Below are positions 46,444-56,074 of a stretch of 64,000 nucleotides of DNA, piece by piece. Both the position numbers and the translations under genes were made by a program. The notes under the pieces were generated by a model. It worked only from the letters and a program-made list of their open reading frames with translations. It did not search any database and was not told where the DNA came from. The DNA lies in contig JBBRPR010000010.1 in the NCBI GenBank assembly GCA_038227875.1, positions 1 to 64,000 of the forward strand. Reading direction: 5' to 3'. Source of the DNA: Planctomycetota bacterium. Lineage in GTDB: Bacteria > Planctomycetota > SZUA-567 > H5-PLA8. Positions within the stretch are counted from its first letter, which is position 1. Every line of letters begins with the position of its first letter.

Positions 46444-47526
46444 TTACTTCTGGAAGATCGGAAGATACCGGTACGGCAGGCAGAGAATCAGCGTGCCGAT
46501 CGCCGTCGAATAGGTGCTGCCCACGTCGCCGCGCCAGGCGCCATCGGCGCTCTGGGATGAGAGCAGCTTGTCGCGCATCGCGGTGAAGTAGTGCGACCAG
46601 TAATCGCCGCCGATCTGGAACATCGCCTGCGAGCCGTAGAAATTCGTGTACACGTCGTGGTAGCCGGCGGTGCGGCGCGGGTCGAGATTCTTCTTCAGGA
46701 AATCGCAGGCGTGGCCCGCTTCCTTGGCGTTGTAGGCACCAGCCATCATGAACACTTCCGCGCCGGCGGCCGTCAACGCGATTGACGAGGTTCCGCCCGA
46801 GAGCGAGTAGCGGATGCCGCCGTCGGAATTCTGCGACTTGTGGAGATACTCGATGGCGTTCTTCATCACTTTTTCCGGCACATCGATCCCCGCGTTGCGC
46901 GCGCTGCGCAAGCCTTGCACCTGCGTGACGGTCACGGAGCCTTCGTCCGCGCCGGAATTCGGCGAGTAGTACCAGCCGCCGTTGTTCGACTGCGATTGCT
47001 GCGTCAGCTTCACCGCCTTGGTCAGCGCGGTTTTGATGCGTTCGTTGACTTCCTGCGACGGCGACATGCCGTAGGCTTCGCCCAGGAACGTCATGGCAAA
47101 ACCGTGGCCGTACATCTGCTGTCCGTCGGCGCCGGAATCGATCAGGCCGTTGTTCTGCTGGTGCTTCAACACGTATTCAATCGCGCGTGACACATTGACG
47201 CCGTACTTGCCGCGGTCGGGCGTGTGTCCGGCCGAGAGAAACGCCAAACCCGCCAGTCCCGTCATGGCCATCGGGTACTGACCTGAGGAGCCTTCGTTGC
47301 CCCACGAACCTTCGCGCGACTGATTTTTCGCCAGCCAGGCGAGCGCTTTTTCGACCGACTCTTCCAGCTTGGGCGTGATTTCAACGAAGTCCGCGATCGG
47401 CGCCGGGCCGGCATCTTCAGCGGCGGCAGCGCGCGCCGGGGCCGCGATCAAGAGTAGTCCGGATAACATTACTGCGAGTAATATCTTACGATTGTGTATT
47501 GAGTTGCGGATCGAGAAGGTGGCCAC
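46444..47526 (-). CDS. secreted prenyltransferase/squalene oxidase repeat protein
   Basis: QW-like repeats (ALAWLAKNQSREGSW, SQSNNGGWYY, SQNSDGG, QSADGAW) and MYGHGFA. Start codon uncertain. Confidence 0.85.
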   Translation of the reverse strand: MATFSIRNSIHNRKILLAVMLSGLLLIAAPARAAAAEDAGPAPIADFVEITPKLEESVEKALAWLAKNQSREGSWGNEGSSGQYPMAMTGLAGLAFLSAGHTPDRGKYGVNVSRAIEYVLKHQQNNGLIDSGADGQQMYGHGFAMTFLGEAYGMSPSQEVNERIKTALTKAVKLTQQSQSNNGGWYYSPNSGADEGSVTVTQVQGLRSARNAGIDVPEKVMKNAIEYLHKSQNSDGGIRYSLSGGTSSIALTAAGAEVFMMAGAYNAKEAGHACDFLKKNLDPRRTAGYHDVYTNFYGSQAMFQIGGDYWSHYFTAMRDKLLSSQSADGAWRGDVGSTYSTAIGTLILCLPYRYLPIFQK

Positions 47527-47770
47527 TGTAAAGGGTCCTTTCGGGCATTCAGCCTGCTGTGAATCCGGGCAGTCCGCGGTCGAGCGGGCTGCAACCCAGA
47601 ACCGGAACGAACTCGCTGGGGTCACAGTTGCAATCACTCTACTAACTTAACGCCTAAGCTCACTCATAAAAGCGTGGAATTTATGGAATTTCGTGCACGG
47701 CTATTTGTATTCGGGTAGCATAGGGGGCGCGGACTGGCCGAGACCAGTTTTCAGCGCGAGGAGAGTCGAA

Positions 47771-48481
47771 GTGGACCACGCCCCTGCAGCCGACGGAATC
47801 TCCGGATTCCCGAAGGGGGATACGGGACGCCTCAAAGCGTCACCGACGAAGTCAACCCCCCAGGCGCCCAAGGCGACAGACGAGCAGCGACGCGACCAGT
47901 TTGAGTCGCTGGCGTTGCCATTGTTGGACAGGCTCTACGTCACGGCGCTGCGGCTGGTGCGCGAACCGGCCCGCGCGGAGGACATGGTTCAGGAGACATT
48001 CCTTCGCGCCTGGCAGAATTTTGATCGATTTAGCATTGGCACGAATTTTAAGGCATGGATTTTTCAGATCCTGACATATCTGTTCTTGAACGACCGGCGC
48101 AGTGCCAATCGCCGGACAGTGAGTGTGGACTTTACCGAACACGATGTGATTGAAGCACCGGCTCCGGCGGACTCGGCAGCGTCGGAGACCGCAACAGAAG
48201 CGTTTGCCGCGCAGTCGACGACGATCCAGGATTGGGAACGGCTCTACCCCAGTCTGGTCGATGATGGAATGAAGCGGGCGTTGGACCGGCTTCCGGAAGA
48301 ACAACGGGCGGTGTTGCTGCTCGTTACGCTGGCGGAGTTGTCGTACCAGGAATGTGCAGAAATCCTGAATGTGCCGATCGGAACGATCATGTCGCGTTTG
48401 TTCCGCGCCCGTCAGCAGTTGCAAAGTGAACTGACGGAATATGCGCGTGAACGGGGAATGTTGCCCAAGGATTCAAAATAG
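47771..48481 (+). CDS. ECF sigma-70 factor
   Basis: AEDMVQETFLRAW, NFKAWIFQI, SYQECAEILNVPIGTIMSRLFRAR. GTG start after AGGAG. Confidence 0.92.
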   Translation: MDHAPAADGISGFPKGDTGRLKASPTKSTPQAPKATDEQRRDQFESLALPLLDRLYVTALRLVREPARAEDMVQETFLRAWQNFDRFSIGTNFKAWIFQILTYLFLNDRRSANRRTVSVDFTEHDVIEAPAPADSAASETATEAFAAQSTTIQDWERLYPSLVDDGMKRALDRLPEEQRAVLLLVTLAELSYQECAEILNVPIGTIMSRLFRARQQLQSELTEYARERGMLPKDSK

Positions 48482-48488
48482 GACTGCG

Positions 48489-49325
48489 ATGAACTGCACT
48501 GAAGCACAAGACCAGTGTCACCCCTACCTGGATCAACAGATGGAGTCGGCACAACGTCACAACGTCGAGCAGCACTTGGAAGCTTGCCCGTGCTGCAAAA
48601 ATGTTTTCGACGCTCAGCGCTCCTTCCTCGGCACGGTTAAGAAACTGGTCCACAGTTGCGGCGCGACCTGCGCGCCGGAAGGTTTCCAATCCCGCATCCG
48701 CGCGGTCCTGGCGAAAGCGCCAACGGAAGTTGAAGTGCAGCCCGTGGCTCGAATCCGTATCGTTCCCGAACCGCGACGGACCTGGCATCTCGGGCCGGCG
48801 ATGGCGGCCGCGGCGAGCATCATGCTGGCGCTCGGTGGTTTGCTGGCCGGACAGATGATGTGCCTGACCGGAGAATGCCCGATCGCGATGGCCGCGGAGC
48901 GCGAACATCAGCGCATCGTCGCTGGCGCGCATCCGGTGCTGGTTTCCAACGACGACCCCAGTCGTCTCAAGGAGGCCATCCGCGAACGGATGAAGGATTT
49001 CCCGGGCCTGCCGAGCCTCTGCAACTGCCATCTCAATCCGGTCAACTGCGGCGTGGTCAAGATCGATGGACTGCCGGAAGGCGCGTTCATTCAATACGCC
49101 GAATGCAAGCACGAAGACGATCCCGTGACGCTGATGGTGATCAACACCTCGGCAATGTCGAAAGCCGAAGTGCTCAACGTCCGCAAGAAGGAATTTCACT
49201 TCGCGATGCGCTCCGACAACAGCGTCGTCTCCTGGCGCTCGGAGAAGGACGGCATGCTGTACATTCTCGTCACCAACAAGCCGATGAAGGAGACGATGGT
49301 AATCGCGGAAGTGGCGAGCCGGTAA
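48489..49325 (+). CDS. zinc-binding (ZAS/zf-HC2) membrane anti-sigma factor
   Basis: MNC..YLD..HLEACPCC (HxxxCxxC) and one TM, directly after the ECF gene. Confidence 0.88.
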   Translation: MNCTEAQDQCHPYLDQQMESAQRHNVEQHLEACPCCKNVFDAQRSFLGTVKKLVHSCGATCAPEGFQSRIRAVLAKAPTEVEVQPVARIRIVPEPRRTWHLGPAMAAAASIMLALGGLLAGQMMCLTGECPIAMAAEREHQRIVAGAHPVLVSNDDPSRLKEAIRERMKDFPGLPSLCNCHLNPVNCGVVKIDGLPEGAFIQYAECKHEDDPVTLMVINTSAMSKAEVLNVRKKEFHFAMRSDNSVVSWRSEKDGMLYILVTNKPMKETMVIAEVASR

Positions 49326-49351
49326 CGCGCAGTTTTGAGTTTTCCAAAATG

Positions 49352-49381
49352 AGGGAGTATGGACAGCTGTCCGTACTCCCT
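49352..49381. repeat. 30-bp near-perfect palindrome (REP-like)
   Basis: AGGGAGTATGGACAGCTGTCCGTACTCCCT. Confidence 0.7.
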
Positions 49382-49467
49382 TCTTATTTTCCTTCCCCGA
49401 AAAGTATTGCTTCCCTCCATTGCAGCGCTAAAACCAAATGTGGTGTTGTGCATCTGGGAGGTTCGCG

Positions 49468-49722
49468 ATGTTGAAACGACTTTCACTTCTCGCACTTTTC
49501 GCAATCTCGGCGCTGGCGCTTTCAGGCTGCCACAACACCGATAGCGACAAGGAAGAAGCCTCCTTCGACACCGTCGGCGAGCAGCATGTCTACGATCTGC
49601 CGAAGAAGGTCGAGCCCACCCGCGTGCTCCCCGTTCACGAATCGCAGCTCATCCAGCGCCATCCGGCCGTGGCGACCCAGACCTACGACCACATCGGCGA
49701 GGAGAACGTCTTCGACAACTAA
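49468..49722 (+). CDS. small lipoprotein with internal duplicated motif
   Basis: GGAGG SD, MLKRLSLLALFAISALALSG-C lipobox. Confidence 0.8.
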   Translation: MLKRLSLLALFAISALALSGCHNTDSDKEEASFDTVGEQHVYDLPKKVEPTRVLPVHESQLIQRHPAVATQTYDHIGEENVFDN

Positions 49723-49785
49723 CCTTTGTGCCTTTGGGCACAAAGGTTCGCCGCCAAGCCCGGCCCCTGCGCCGGGCTTTTTCGT
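49721..49785 (+). terminator. two consecutive hairpins, the second an intrinsic terminator
   Basis: AACCTTTGTGCC/GGCACAAAGGTT, then AAGCCCGGC..GCCGGGCTT with a T tail. Confidence 0.7.
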
Positions 49786-49841
49786 TTAAAATCACGCCGT
49801 GGCTCTAATCCCGGTCCAACCGGGGCAAACCCTTTCCGCCG

Positions 49842-50417
49842 ATGGGGGAAGCGGAGTGTAATTCGCTCGTCGCAGACATCCGCGAAAAAGGGCAGGTCGA
49901 ACCGAGCTGGACGCTCCACAGGCAGGTCATCGACGGCCGCCACCGCCTCAAAGCGTGCAGGATTCTCGGCATCGTGCCGAGGACACGCGAATGGGACGGC
50001 GTCGGCTCGCTCACCGAGTTCGTCGTCTCCGCGAATCTGCGGCAGCGGAACCTCAAGGAAAATCAACGCGCGATGGTCGCCGCGCGATTGATGCCGCAGT
50101 TCGAAGAGGAAGCGAAAGCGCGATCTAGAACCGGCGGAGTGGTGGATTCTAACCACCGGATAAATTTATGCCGAGGTAGGTCCCGCGAACTCGTTGGAAA
50201 GCTCCTCAGCATTTCCGGAGGACGTGTCGACTTCGGCTGTAATCTGCTCGATAAAGGCACGCCCGGCCTGATCGCTCGCGTCGATCAGGGCAAACTCACG
50301 ATTCCCCGCTCCCGGATTCATCAATCATCAATCCTGGTTCATCGTTCCGCCCGCCCCGACCGCGCCAGTACTTCACGCCTGAAAAATATTTTTAAGATTC
50401 TTCTAAAGTCGCTGTAG
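49842..50417 (+). pseudogene. degenerate phage/plasmid-type ParB N-terminal domain fragment
   Basis: LVADIREKG..EP, IDGRHRLKAC, FVVSANLRQRNL..QRAMVAARL. The N-terminus is eroded and the C-terminus dissolves into a heptamer run. Confidence 0.6.
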
Positions 50418-50523
50418 TCCTCTGGCCGATACGTCCCGTACCGTCCAGTACCTGTCTTGGGCGGAAACGCGAACAATTAAGTGGGGGGAGGCGAGCTGCC
50501 CTTAGCAGCCGGAGGCCTTTGTC

Positions 50524-50949
50524 ATGGCGGAAAATACCGCGGAGTGCGCAACTGTTATTGGTCAGGACGTGGTTATTAAAGGCGAGATCACGGTCGAGAA
50601 GGGCCTGCGGGTCGATGGCACGATTGAAGGCGCCGTCACCACCAAGGGCAAAGTTCATGTCGGCAAGACCGGCAACCTGGCCGCGGAAGTCAACGGCGGT
50701 TCGGTCACGATCGAAGGCAAGGTGAAGGGCAATGTCACCGCCACCGATCGCGTGACCCTGGAAGCCACCAGCAATGTCTACGGCGACCTCAACGCAACCA
50801 AGCTGATCGTCAACGAAGGCGCGACATTCGTGGGCAAGGTCAACGTCGGTCCCGATGCCGTCAAGGGCGCCGCTGCCGGTGGCGTTCCCGCTGCAGTCGC
50901 TCAACGCATGGGCAATCAGACCGCTCCCGTGGCGAACGGAAAGCACTAA
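50524..50949 (+). CDS. bactofilin (polymer-forming cytoskeletal protein)
   Basis: TVIGQDVVIKGEI..LRVDGTIEG..IEGKVKGNV..EGATFVG, with a GGAGG SD. Confidence 0.92.
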   Translation: MAENTAECATVIGQDVVIKGEITVEKGLRVDGTIEGAVTTKGKVHVGKTGNLAAEVNGGSVTIEGKVKGNVTATDRVTLEATSNVYGDLNATKLIVNEGATFVGKVNVGPDAVKGAAAGGVPAAVAQRMGNQTAPVANGKH

Positions 50950-51047
50950 GTCGGATTTTGGCATTGAGGCTCAACGTTTCTGCCACGGACGCTTTTCGTC
51001 CGTGGTCATGATCGACAGCCATTCAAGCCAGGAGTCGACACCGCTAC

Positions 51048-51503
51048 ATGGGTCTATTCGGCCGCAAAGACGCTGGTCCGAAGATCGTCTGCTGCCCCAA
51101 CTGCAGCGGTTCGCAGGAGGTCTCTGCGTCCGCGCAGTCGGTGGTGTGTCGTCACTGCAATGTGACGATTAAAGTCTGCGATCAGAAGATCACCAATTAC
51201 TCCGCGACCGTCGCGCTGGAGATCACCGGGTCGTTGGTGATCGAAAAGAAGGGCGCGCTGGTCGTGCAGAAACGCGTCGTGGCCTCCGACTTGACCCTCC
51301 GCGGCTCGCTAAAGGGAAATTCCGTCGTCTACGAAAAAGCTCACATCGCCGCCGGCGCGCAGCTCGTCGGCGACCTGAAGGCCCGCGTCCTCACCGTTGA
51401 AGACGGCGCCACGCTCAAAGGTTTCCTCAGCGTGGTTCCCGGCGACGGCAGTGTGATCATCGAACGGCCGAAGGAACTGGCCGGACGAGTTCGAAGCGGG
51501 TGA
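51048..51503 (+). CDS. Zn-ribbon-bactofilin fusion
   Basis: CPNC...CRHC, then a bactofilin beta-helix ending LVGDLKARVLTVEDGATLKG. Confidence 0.85.
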   Translation: MGLFGRKDAGPKIVCCPNCSGSQEVSASAQSVVCRHCNVTIKVCDQKITNYSATVALEITGSLVIEKKGALVVQKRVVASDLTLRGSLKGNSVVYEKAHIAAGAQLVGDLKARVLTVEDGATLKGFLSVVPGDGSVIIERPKELAGRVRSG

Positions 51504-51587
51504 TGTCTTTTACGGTGTCGTTGGTCATCGGGTACGGATCATCAGTTGGTTGCGGCTGACGCCGCGTCCCCGTTGATTGTTTTCTGA

Positions 51588-51622
51588 ATGTCCCATGTCC
51601 CATGTCCCATGTCTCATGCCCC
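51588..51622. repeat. 7-bp tandem repeat (ATGTCCC family, 5 units)
   Basis: ATGTCCC x3, ATGTCTC, ATGCCCC. Confidence 0.8.
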
Positions 51623-51644
51623 GTGATGAATGGCCCCGTAAAAT

Positions 51645-51679
51645 AAAACGCCCTCGCGAAAGCGAGGGCGTTCTGTTTT
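51645..51679. terminator. bidirectional intrinsic terminator
   Basis: AACGCCCTCGC-GAAA-GCGAGGGCGTT with A/T tracts on both sides, between convergent genes. Confidence 0.8.
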
Positions 51680-51691
51680 CGGCAAACCCGA

Positions 51692-54600
51692 TTACTGGGA
51701 GGACCATTTATTCTTCAGCGGGATGATGACTATGCTGCCGTCGCCGCCGAAGAGAGCCGTGGATCCGGCAAACAACGTAATAGTGGTAGGGTAGCTGGAG
51801 TTCTTGCCGCTGGCTGCTCCAGACAATGGAATGCCTGTGCCGGTCGCTCCGCTGGATGGCAACACGCCGGTCGTGTAGGAGCCTATGCCTCTCTTAAGGT
51901 CGAGAGAAAATGCCGTGATGGGTGAGCCCCTTGGCGCCTTGCCCGTGACCTTGCCATTCTTCACCGTCACCGGAAGCGTGCTGCTGAAGCCTGAACCGAC
52001 GCTGATGGTCACGGACGTGATGGTATTCGCTGCGATCGACGAACTTCCCGGCGGAATCGCCACGAAGGACACCTTCCACGCATCGCCGGTCCCGCCTTTG
52101 TCATCCGCACCGCTGATTTTCGTTACGTCGAATGCGCCACCCAGGTTGTCACTGGCCTGACCGCTGTAGACGAGGGTGTGGGACTGGTTTTTGCCAACCT
52201 TATCGGTGCAGGAGAGAATCTGCGTGCCATCCAATACTTTTCCGATGCTCAATTGGGCCGTGATGGCCGTCCTGGGGCTGGTGATCGTGCCCAAAGCTCC
52301 ATTCAGGTTCACTTTAGTGACCGTAATTGCGAATATTCCGCCCTTCTTTAGGCTGGCTTTAATGACCGGGGTTGCGCCTCTTGGAGATACTGCGGATCCC
52401 TTGCTATCCAGGACTACCGTCGCCACGTAGGTCTGAACGCGAAACGAGATCGAGCTGCCGCTCAGCGCTGGAATCGCAGTGTTCAGGTTAGCGATACCTT
52501 TGCAGGAGAGACTGTCTTTGCCGGCGCCAAAATTCGATTTGATCGTCATCGACGTAATGACCACAGTGTTTGAAAGCTGGAGGTTCAAGTTGCTCGTGAC
52601 ATTCAGGGTGATGGCCTGGATGGAGGCCGAGCCATCGAGCGACTTTGCGACTGTGCCCGTCGAATCCGTGCAGGTTGCCTGGAATGCAACCAGTCCGGGT
52701 TGAAGCGGGATGCCCGAGACGGTTCCGTTGACCGTGTTTAAATGCAGGCCGATGGAGTCCAGGTTGGCGAAGGTGGTGCTGTTGCCGTTGGTGGTCACCG
52801 TCACACTTCCGTTGAGCGCGAACGTGTACGGCGGTGTGCCGCCGATGACATCCAGAGTGCTCGAATATTCGCGATACCGGGCGGCATCCTTTAATCGGCT
52901 CACATTAAAGCGGAAGGCACTTGTACTGGAGGTAATATCGAATGCCGCAGAAGTTGCGGACGTCAGTGCGCCATCGCTGGCGGTCAGTGTGTAGCCTGTC
53001 CCGGGACTGAAAATCACGAGGTTGCTGAAGGTTGCAACGCCATTGATGGCCGCGACGGAAGTCGTGCCGCTGAGCGTGCCGCCGCCGGGGTTCGTGCCGA
53101 TGGACAGCGTGACCATCGAGGTATCGGTGGTCACGACATTACCGTTGGAATCCAGGACCTGCACGGTGACCGCCGGCGTGATCGCCACGCCCGACACCGC
53201 GCTGCTGGGTTGGACGAAGAAACCCAGCTTGCTCGGAGGCGGCGGATTGACCACCGTGGCGACTTGCACCGCGGCGCCGCTGCTGACGCCATTGGCCGTG
53301 ACGACGGCCGTGAAGCTTCCCGTGCTCGTGGGTTTGGTGGAGAAAATGACGGTCAGGGATGTGGGTGTGGCCGCGGTGACGCTCCCGACCGCGCCGTTAT
53401 TGAAGACGACGCTGTTGTTGCCGGGCGTCGGGCTGAAGCTGAATCCGGCGATGACGATGCTGGTTGCATTCGAGAGCAGATTGGTGGTGTTCGCCGTAAC
53501 CACCGGCGTGACCGTGGCCACCTGCACCGCGGCGCCGCTGCCGATGCCATTGGTCGTCACGACGGCCGTCAAGCTGCCGGCGCTGAGCGGCTTGGTGGAG
53601 AAGGTGACCGTCAAAGAGGTGGTGCTGGCGAGGGTGACCGTACCGACGGCGCCATCGTTGAACGCGACGGAATCATTGGCAGCCGTCGCATCGAAATTGG
53701 TGCCGTTGATGACGATGGTTGTTGAGTTGGCTGCCAGGTTGGCCGTGTTCAATGTTACCGTCGGCGGGTTCACCACCGTGGCCACTTGAACGGGAGCGCC
53801 GCTGCTGACGGCATCGGTCGTCACGACGGCTGTCAATGCGCCGGGAACCAGGCCCGTTAATGAAGTCACCGTTAGCGTCGTGGCCGTAGCCGCCGTGACC
53901 GTGCCGGTTGCGCCGCCGTTGAAGACGACCGAATTGTGAGCGGGAATCGCGTCGAAGCCAGTACCGTTGATGGTCAACGTGGTTGCACTAGTCGAGAGGT
54001 TGGCGGTGTTGGCCGTTACGACGGTCGCGATGCCGTTGACCAGGACTCCAGTCGTTGAGGGGAGTCCGTTCAGCGCCAGCAGCGCGTTGTTGGCGCCGGC
54101 GTCTTTGATCGTCCCGCCACTGAGTGCTCCGACGGAAATGCCGTCGGTGTCGCGGTCTCCGCTCGCGACGGGGTAGCGGAAGACCAGCGCATTGGTTCCG
54201 TTGCCGGAGAGAAAATTGGCCTGCACGGGACTTGCGCCGATGGTCAAGGCGATGCTCGGAGTTCCCGTTACGTTCACGATGTCACTGAAATGTACGGTGA
54301 AGTCCAGATTCTGGGTGGCGGTGTACGTGCTGTTGGCCGGCACGTCCACGGACGTGACCGCCACGATTTCAAACGCGCCCAGATCCGCGGCATCGGCAGT
54401 CGTCCGGGGTCTGGCAATGCCACGTTGGTCGGTGGTCGGTGCCAAACCATTGGTTCCCGCGTCGATGGCGGGGCTGCCAAAGGCAATGGACAACGTCTTC
54501 GTTGGGCCACCGTTGCTCGCGAACGATCCGAGGAGCGGATCAGCCGCAATCACACCCGACTGATCGAGCGTGCCGGTGTTGCCAATGGTATGTTGAACGA

Positions 54601-56074
54601 TGTTTTTTGCGCTGGCGTCGCATGTGGCGGTCTGCGCGCCAGACCCCTGCGTGTTGGTGATTTCGAGGCCCAGTCCGAGTGCATCGGAAACAATGCAGTT
54701 CTGGAGTGTCAACGTCGCCGCCGCCGCGGTGATCCCGTTGGTGGCCGCTTGAGTCAGATTGTAGAGGTCGGAGCCGCTATCGGCTGTGTTCTTGGCGACG
54801 GTGACGTTGGTCAAGGTCATCGTTCCGTTCAGATTAAACACCCCCCCGCCATTTCCAGTCCCTGACGAACTGGGCGTACCCACGCTCGCAGTTCCTCCGT
54901 TACCTCCGAGCGCGCTGTTTCCGAAAACGGTGCTGTTGATGAGGGTCACGGTGCCTTGCAGATTGAAGACCGCGCCACCCGCTCCGGTGCCGCCGCCACC
55001 GCCGCCACCGCTACCCGTGCCGCCATTGCCTGCGCCAAATCCGCCGTTGGCGGTGCCAGTAAAACTACCGCCGCCGCCACCGCCGAAGCCACCCGCGCCG
55101 CCGGTATTCAATTCACCGCTGCCGCCACCGCCGCCGCCGAAGCCACCTGCTGCGCCGTCTGCCGCGCTGGGAGAACCACCGCCGCCACCGCCAATTCCGC
55201 CCGCGCCACCGGCGCCGCTATTTCCCGGCCCGCCGCCGCCGCCGCCCGCCCCCGAGGCCGTACCGGGTTCAGTGCCAGTGCCGCTCGCGCCGCCGGTGCC
55301 GCCTGTGCCGCCTGCTCCCCCCGCCGAGACCGTGCCCGCGCTGCCGGCCGTTTGCGTGCCGCCGCCGCCGCCGCCGTGACTTCCCGCAGACGAGCTATTG
55401 CTGAATCCATCTCCGCCGTTGCCTCCGAGTCCGCCGCCACCACCGCCGGCGCCATTAAAGACAGTTTGATTTTCCGCGCCGCCGTCACCACCCGTGGCGG
55501 TGTTGCCCACCAGAGTACAACCCTGGATCGTCAGCGACCCGGCGTTGAAAATCGCGCCGCCCAATCCCGCACCGCCGCCACCGCCACCGGCGTTGCCGGT
55601 CGTGGAGCCTCCCGTGCCGCCGGTGGCCACTCCATCTTGTAGAGTAATGTTATTGAGCGTGAGGTTGCCGGTCGATTTCACCGTAAACAGGCGCATATTC
55701 ACCGTGCTGCGACTGATCGTAATTCCGTTATTGCCTGTCGGTCCTTGGATCGTGAGCGTGGTTGCCGCTGGGACCACCAGCGCCGACGGGCCGAATGTAA
55801 AATCGCCGGCGATGGTCAGCGTAATCGTGACTGGGCCGCCCGCGACCAAGGTTGGATTGAAGACGATGGTGTCGCCAGAGCTGGCTCCAACTACCGCGCT
55901 GCGTAAGTCCGCCGCGCTCAAGTTTGGCGCGGAACCGGTCAACGCCGTCGCGGCCGCATCGCCGCTGCCCTGGACAGTAATCGTCGATCCCAGCGCCATG
56001 CTCGGTAACATCACGAGCAGGAGTAGGGAGAAAATACGGCAGGGAGAAAGGGGAGACTCAGCGAGACTCTTCAT
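51692..56074 (-). CDS. large secreted/surface protein: Gly-rich beta-helix region, choice-of-anchor Q, three IPT/TIG-like repeats, Ig-like domains
   Basis: Signal peptide from ATG 56074, GGxGG repeats, DPLLG..NGGPTKT..GSPAIDAG..DQRG..DLGAFE, three ~87-aa repeats ending SGAAVQVATV. Confidence 0.85.
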   Translation of the reverse strand: MKSLAESPLSPCRIFSLLLLVMLPSMALGSTITVQGSGDAAATALTGSAPNLSAADLRSAVVGASSGDTIVFNPTLVAGGPVTITLTIAGDFTFGPSALVVPAATTLTIQGPTGNNGITISRSTVNMRLFTVKSTGNLTLNNITLQDGVATGGTGGSTTGNAGGGGGGAGLGGAIFNAGSLTIQGCTLVGNTATGGDGGAENQTVFNGAGGGGGGLGGNGGDGFSNSSSAGSHGGGGGGTQTAGSAGTVSAGGAGGTGGTGGASGTGTEPGTASGAGGGGGGPGNSGAGGAGGIGGGGGGSPSAADGAAGGFGGGGGGSGELNTGGAGGFGGGGGGSFTGTANGGFGAGNGGTGSGGGGGGGTGAGGAVFNLQGTVTLINSTVFGNSALGGNGGTASVGTPSSSGTGNGGGVFNLNGTMTLTNVTVAKNTADSGSDLYNLTQAATNGITAAAATLTLQNCIVSDALGLGLEITNTQGSGAQTATCDASAKNIVQHTIGNTGTLDQSGVIAADPLLGSFASNGGPTKTLSIAFGSPAIDAGTNGLAPTTDQRGIARPRTTADAADLGAFEIVAVTSVDVPANSTYTATQNLDFTVHFSDIVNVTGTPSIALTIGASPVQANFLSGNGTNALVFRYPVASGDRDTDGISVGALSGGTIKDAGANNALLALNGLPSTTGVLVNGIATVVTANTANLSTSATTLTINGTGFDAIPAHNSVVFNGGATGTVTAATATTLTVTSLTGLVPGALTAVVTTDAVSSGAPVQVATVVNPPTVTLNTANLAANSTTIVINGTNFDATAANDSVAFNDGAVGTVTLASTTSLTVTFSTKPLSAGSLTAVVTTNGIGSGAAVQVATVTPVVTANTTNLLSNATSIVIAGFSFSPTPGNNSVVFNNGAVGSVTAATPTSLTVIFSTKPTSTGSFTAVVTANGVSSGAAVQVATVVNPPPPSKLGFFVQPSSAVSGVAITPAVTVQVLDSNGNVVTTDTSMVTLSIGTNPGGGTLSGTTSVAAINGVATFSNLVIFSPGTGYTLTASDGALTSATSAAFDITSSTSAFRFNVSRLKDAARYREYSSTLDVIGGTPPYTFALNGSVTVTTNGNSTTFANLDSIGLHLNTVNGTVSGIPLQPGLVAFQATCTDSTGTVAKSLDGSASIQAITLNVTSNLNLQLSNTVVITSMTIKSNFGAGKDSLSCKGIANLNTAIPALSGSSISFRVQTYVATVVLDSKGSAVSPRGATPVIKASLKKGGIFAITVTKVNLNGALGTITSPRTAITAQLSIGKVLDGTQILSCTDKVGKNQSHTLVYSGQASDNLGGAFDVTKISGADDKGGTGDAWKVSFVAIPPGSSSIAANTITSVTISVGSGFSSTLPVTVKNGKVTGKAPRGSPITAFSLDLKRGIGSYTTGVLPSSGATGTGIPLSGAASGKNSSYPTTITLFAGSTALFGGDGSIVIIPLKNKWSSQ

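Noticed and set aside
46444..47526. Squalene-hopene cyclase / terpene cluster
   Set aside because: A single short repeat domain with a signal peptide, no DxDD motif and no hpn genes adjacent.
47530..47640. Structured RNA in the prenyltransferase-repeat gene leader
   Set aside because: Only short scattered stems, with no recognisable riboswitch consensus.
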